DNA from: Pseudovirgaria hyperparasitica
Taxonomy: Eukaryota
Direction: 5' to 3' (one strand)
Assembly: GCA_010093815.1 (NCBI GenBank)
Contig: ML996566.1
DNA: 64,000 nt
The translations under genes and the position numbers were made by a program. Shown piece by piece: positions 63,829 to 64,000 of this stretch (its first letter is position 1; the number at the start of each line of letters is the position of its first letter). The notes under the pieces are model-generated. The model did no database searches, was not told the DNA's origin, and saw only the letters and a list, made by a program, of their open reading frames with translations.

Positions 63829-64000
63829 TTATCCGCTCACTTTTAATCGCTTCAGTCCCTCTAAGCCATCGGCGCCTTCTTCCTCGTCCTCTTCGTCTGT
63901 CTTACCAGCCAGGCCTCGTTCCCATAGTTCCCTGCCGGTAAGCTTCTTCTCTTCCTTCGCAACTCGCCTCTTCTTGTCTTCAATCTCTTTCTCTTCTTGC
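63829..64000 (-). CDS. GIR2: 3' end of RWD-domain protein Gir2/RWDD1 (DFRP2-like), 5'-partial
   Basis: Minus strand reads QEEKEIEDKKRRVAKEEKKLTGRELWERGLAGKTDEEDEEEGADGLEGLKRLKVSG-TAA; LTG[RK]xLWERGL is the conserved Gir2 C-terminal motif. Confidence 0.75.
   Translation of the reverse strand, partial: QEEKEIEDKKRRVAKEEKKLTGRELWERGLAGKTDEEDEEEGADGLEGLKRLKVSG

Noticed and set aside
1..64000. Apparent thematic clustering of lipid genes (GDE1, kinase, farB, MDM1) and TOR/Gcn2-linked genes (NPR3, SIT4, GIR2)
   Set aside because: Genes are far apart and interleaved with unrelated housekeeping genes; expected by chance without synteny or co-expression evidence.
1..64000. tRNA genes, transposons, CRISPR arrays
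   Set aside because: GTTCGA hits lack T-arm stems; no transposase, reverse transcriptase, LTR or TIR pair, or repeat-spacer array was seen by eye.

Overview
Eukaryotic, intron-rich genomic DNA of a filamentous ascomycete (Pezizomycotina-type splice signals GTRWGT...CTRAY...YAG, introns mostly 45-60 nt, a dispersed 5S rRNA gene). I can support 19 protein-coding genes. Most are housekeeping: GDE1 (5'-partial), NPR3, ODC-type mitochondrial carrier, DNA2, ethanolamine kinase, FarB/Ctf1-beta Zn2Cys6 factor, peroxisomal acyl-CoA dehydrogenase, VMA5, GCV1, MDM1, UPF3, SIT4, IME2-like kinase and the 3' end of GIR2. There is also a small accessory-looking block (P450, 5S rRNA, CLC transporter, DHA2 MFS pump), a secreted chitin deacetylase, an orphan poly-Asn protein and three long simple repeats (two span assembly gaps). 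I found no transposon, CRISPR array, biosynthetic backbone gene or clearly new multi-gene system. The most notable oddities are: a 1-nt frameshift near the end of the CLC gene; a divergent 5S isotype; a 4-nt microexon in GDE1; a GC-AG intron in SIT4; an EJC-binding-like KDRPA motif plus second RRM and possible uORFs in UPF3; a very long AUG-depleted IME2 leader with uORFs; a FarB / SKL-acyl-CoA dehydrogenase pair with a CCGAGG site; and a possible intronic H/ACA RNA. All gene names come from motif recognition by eye, not from database searches.
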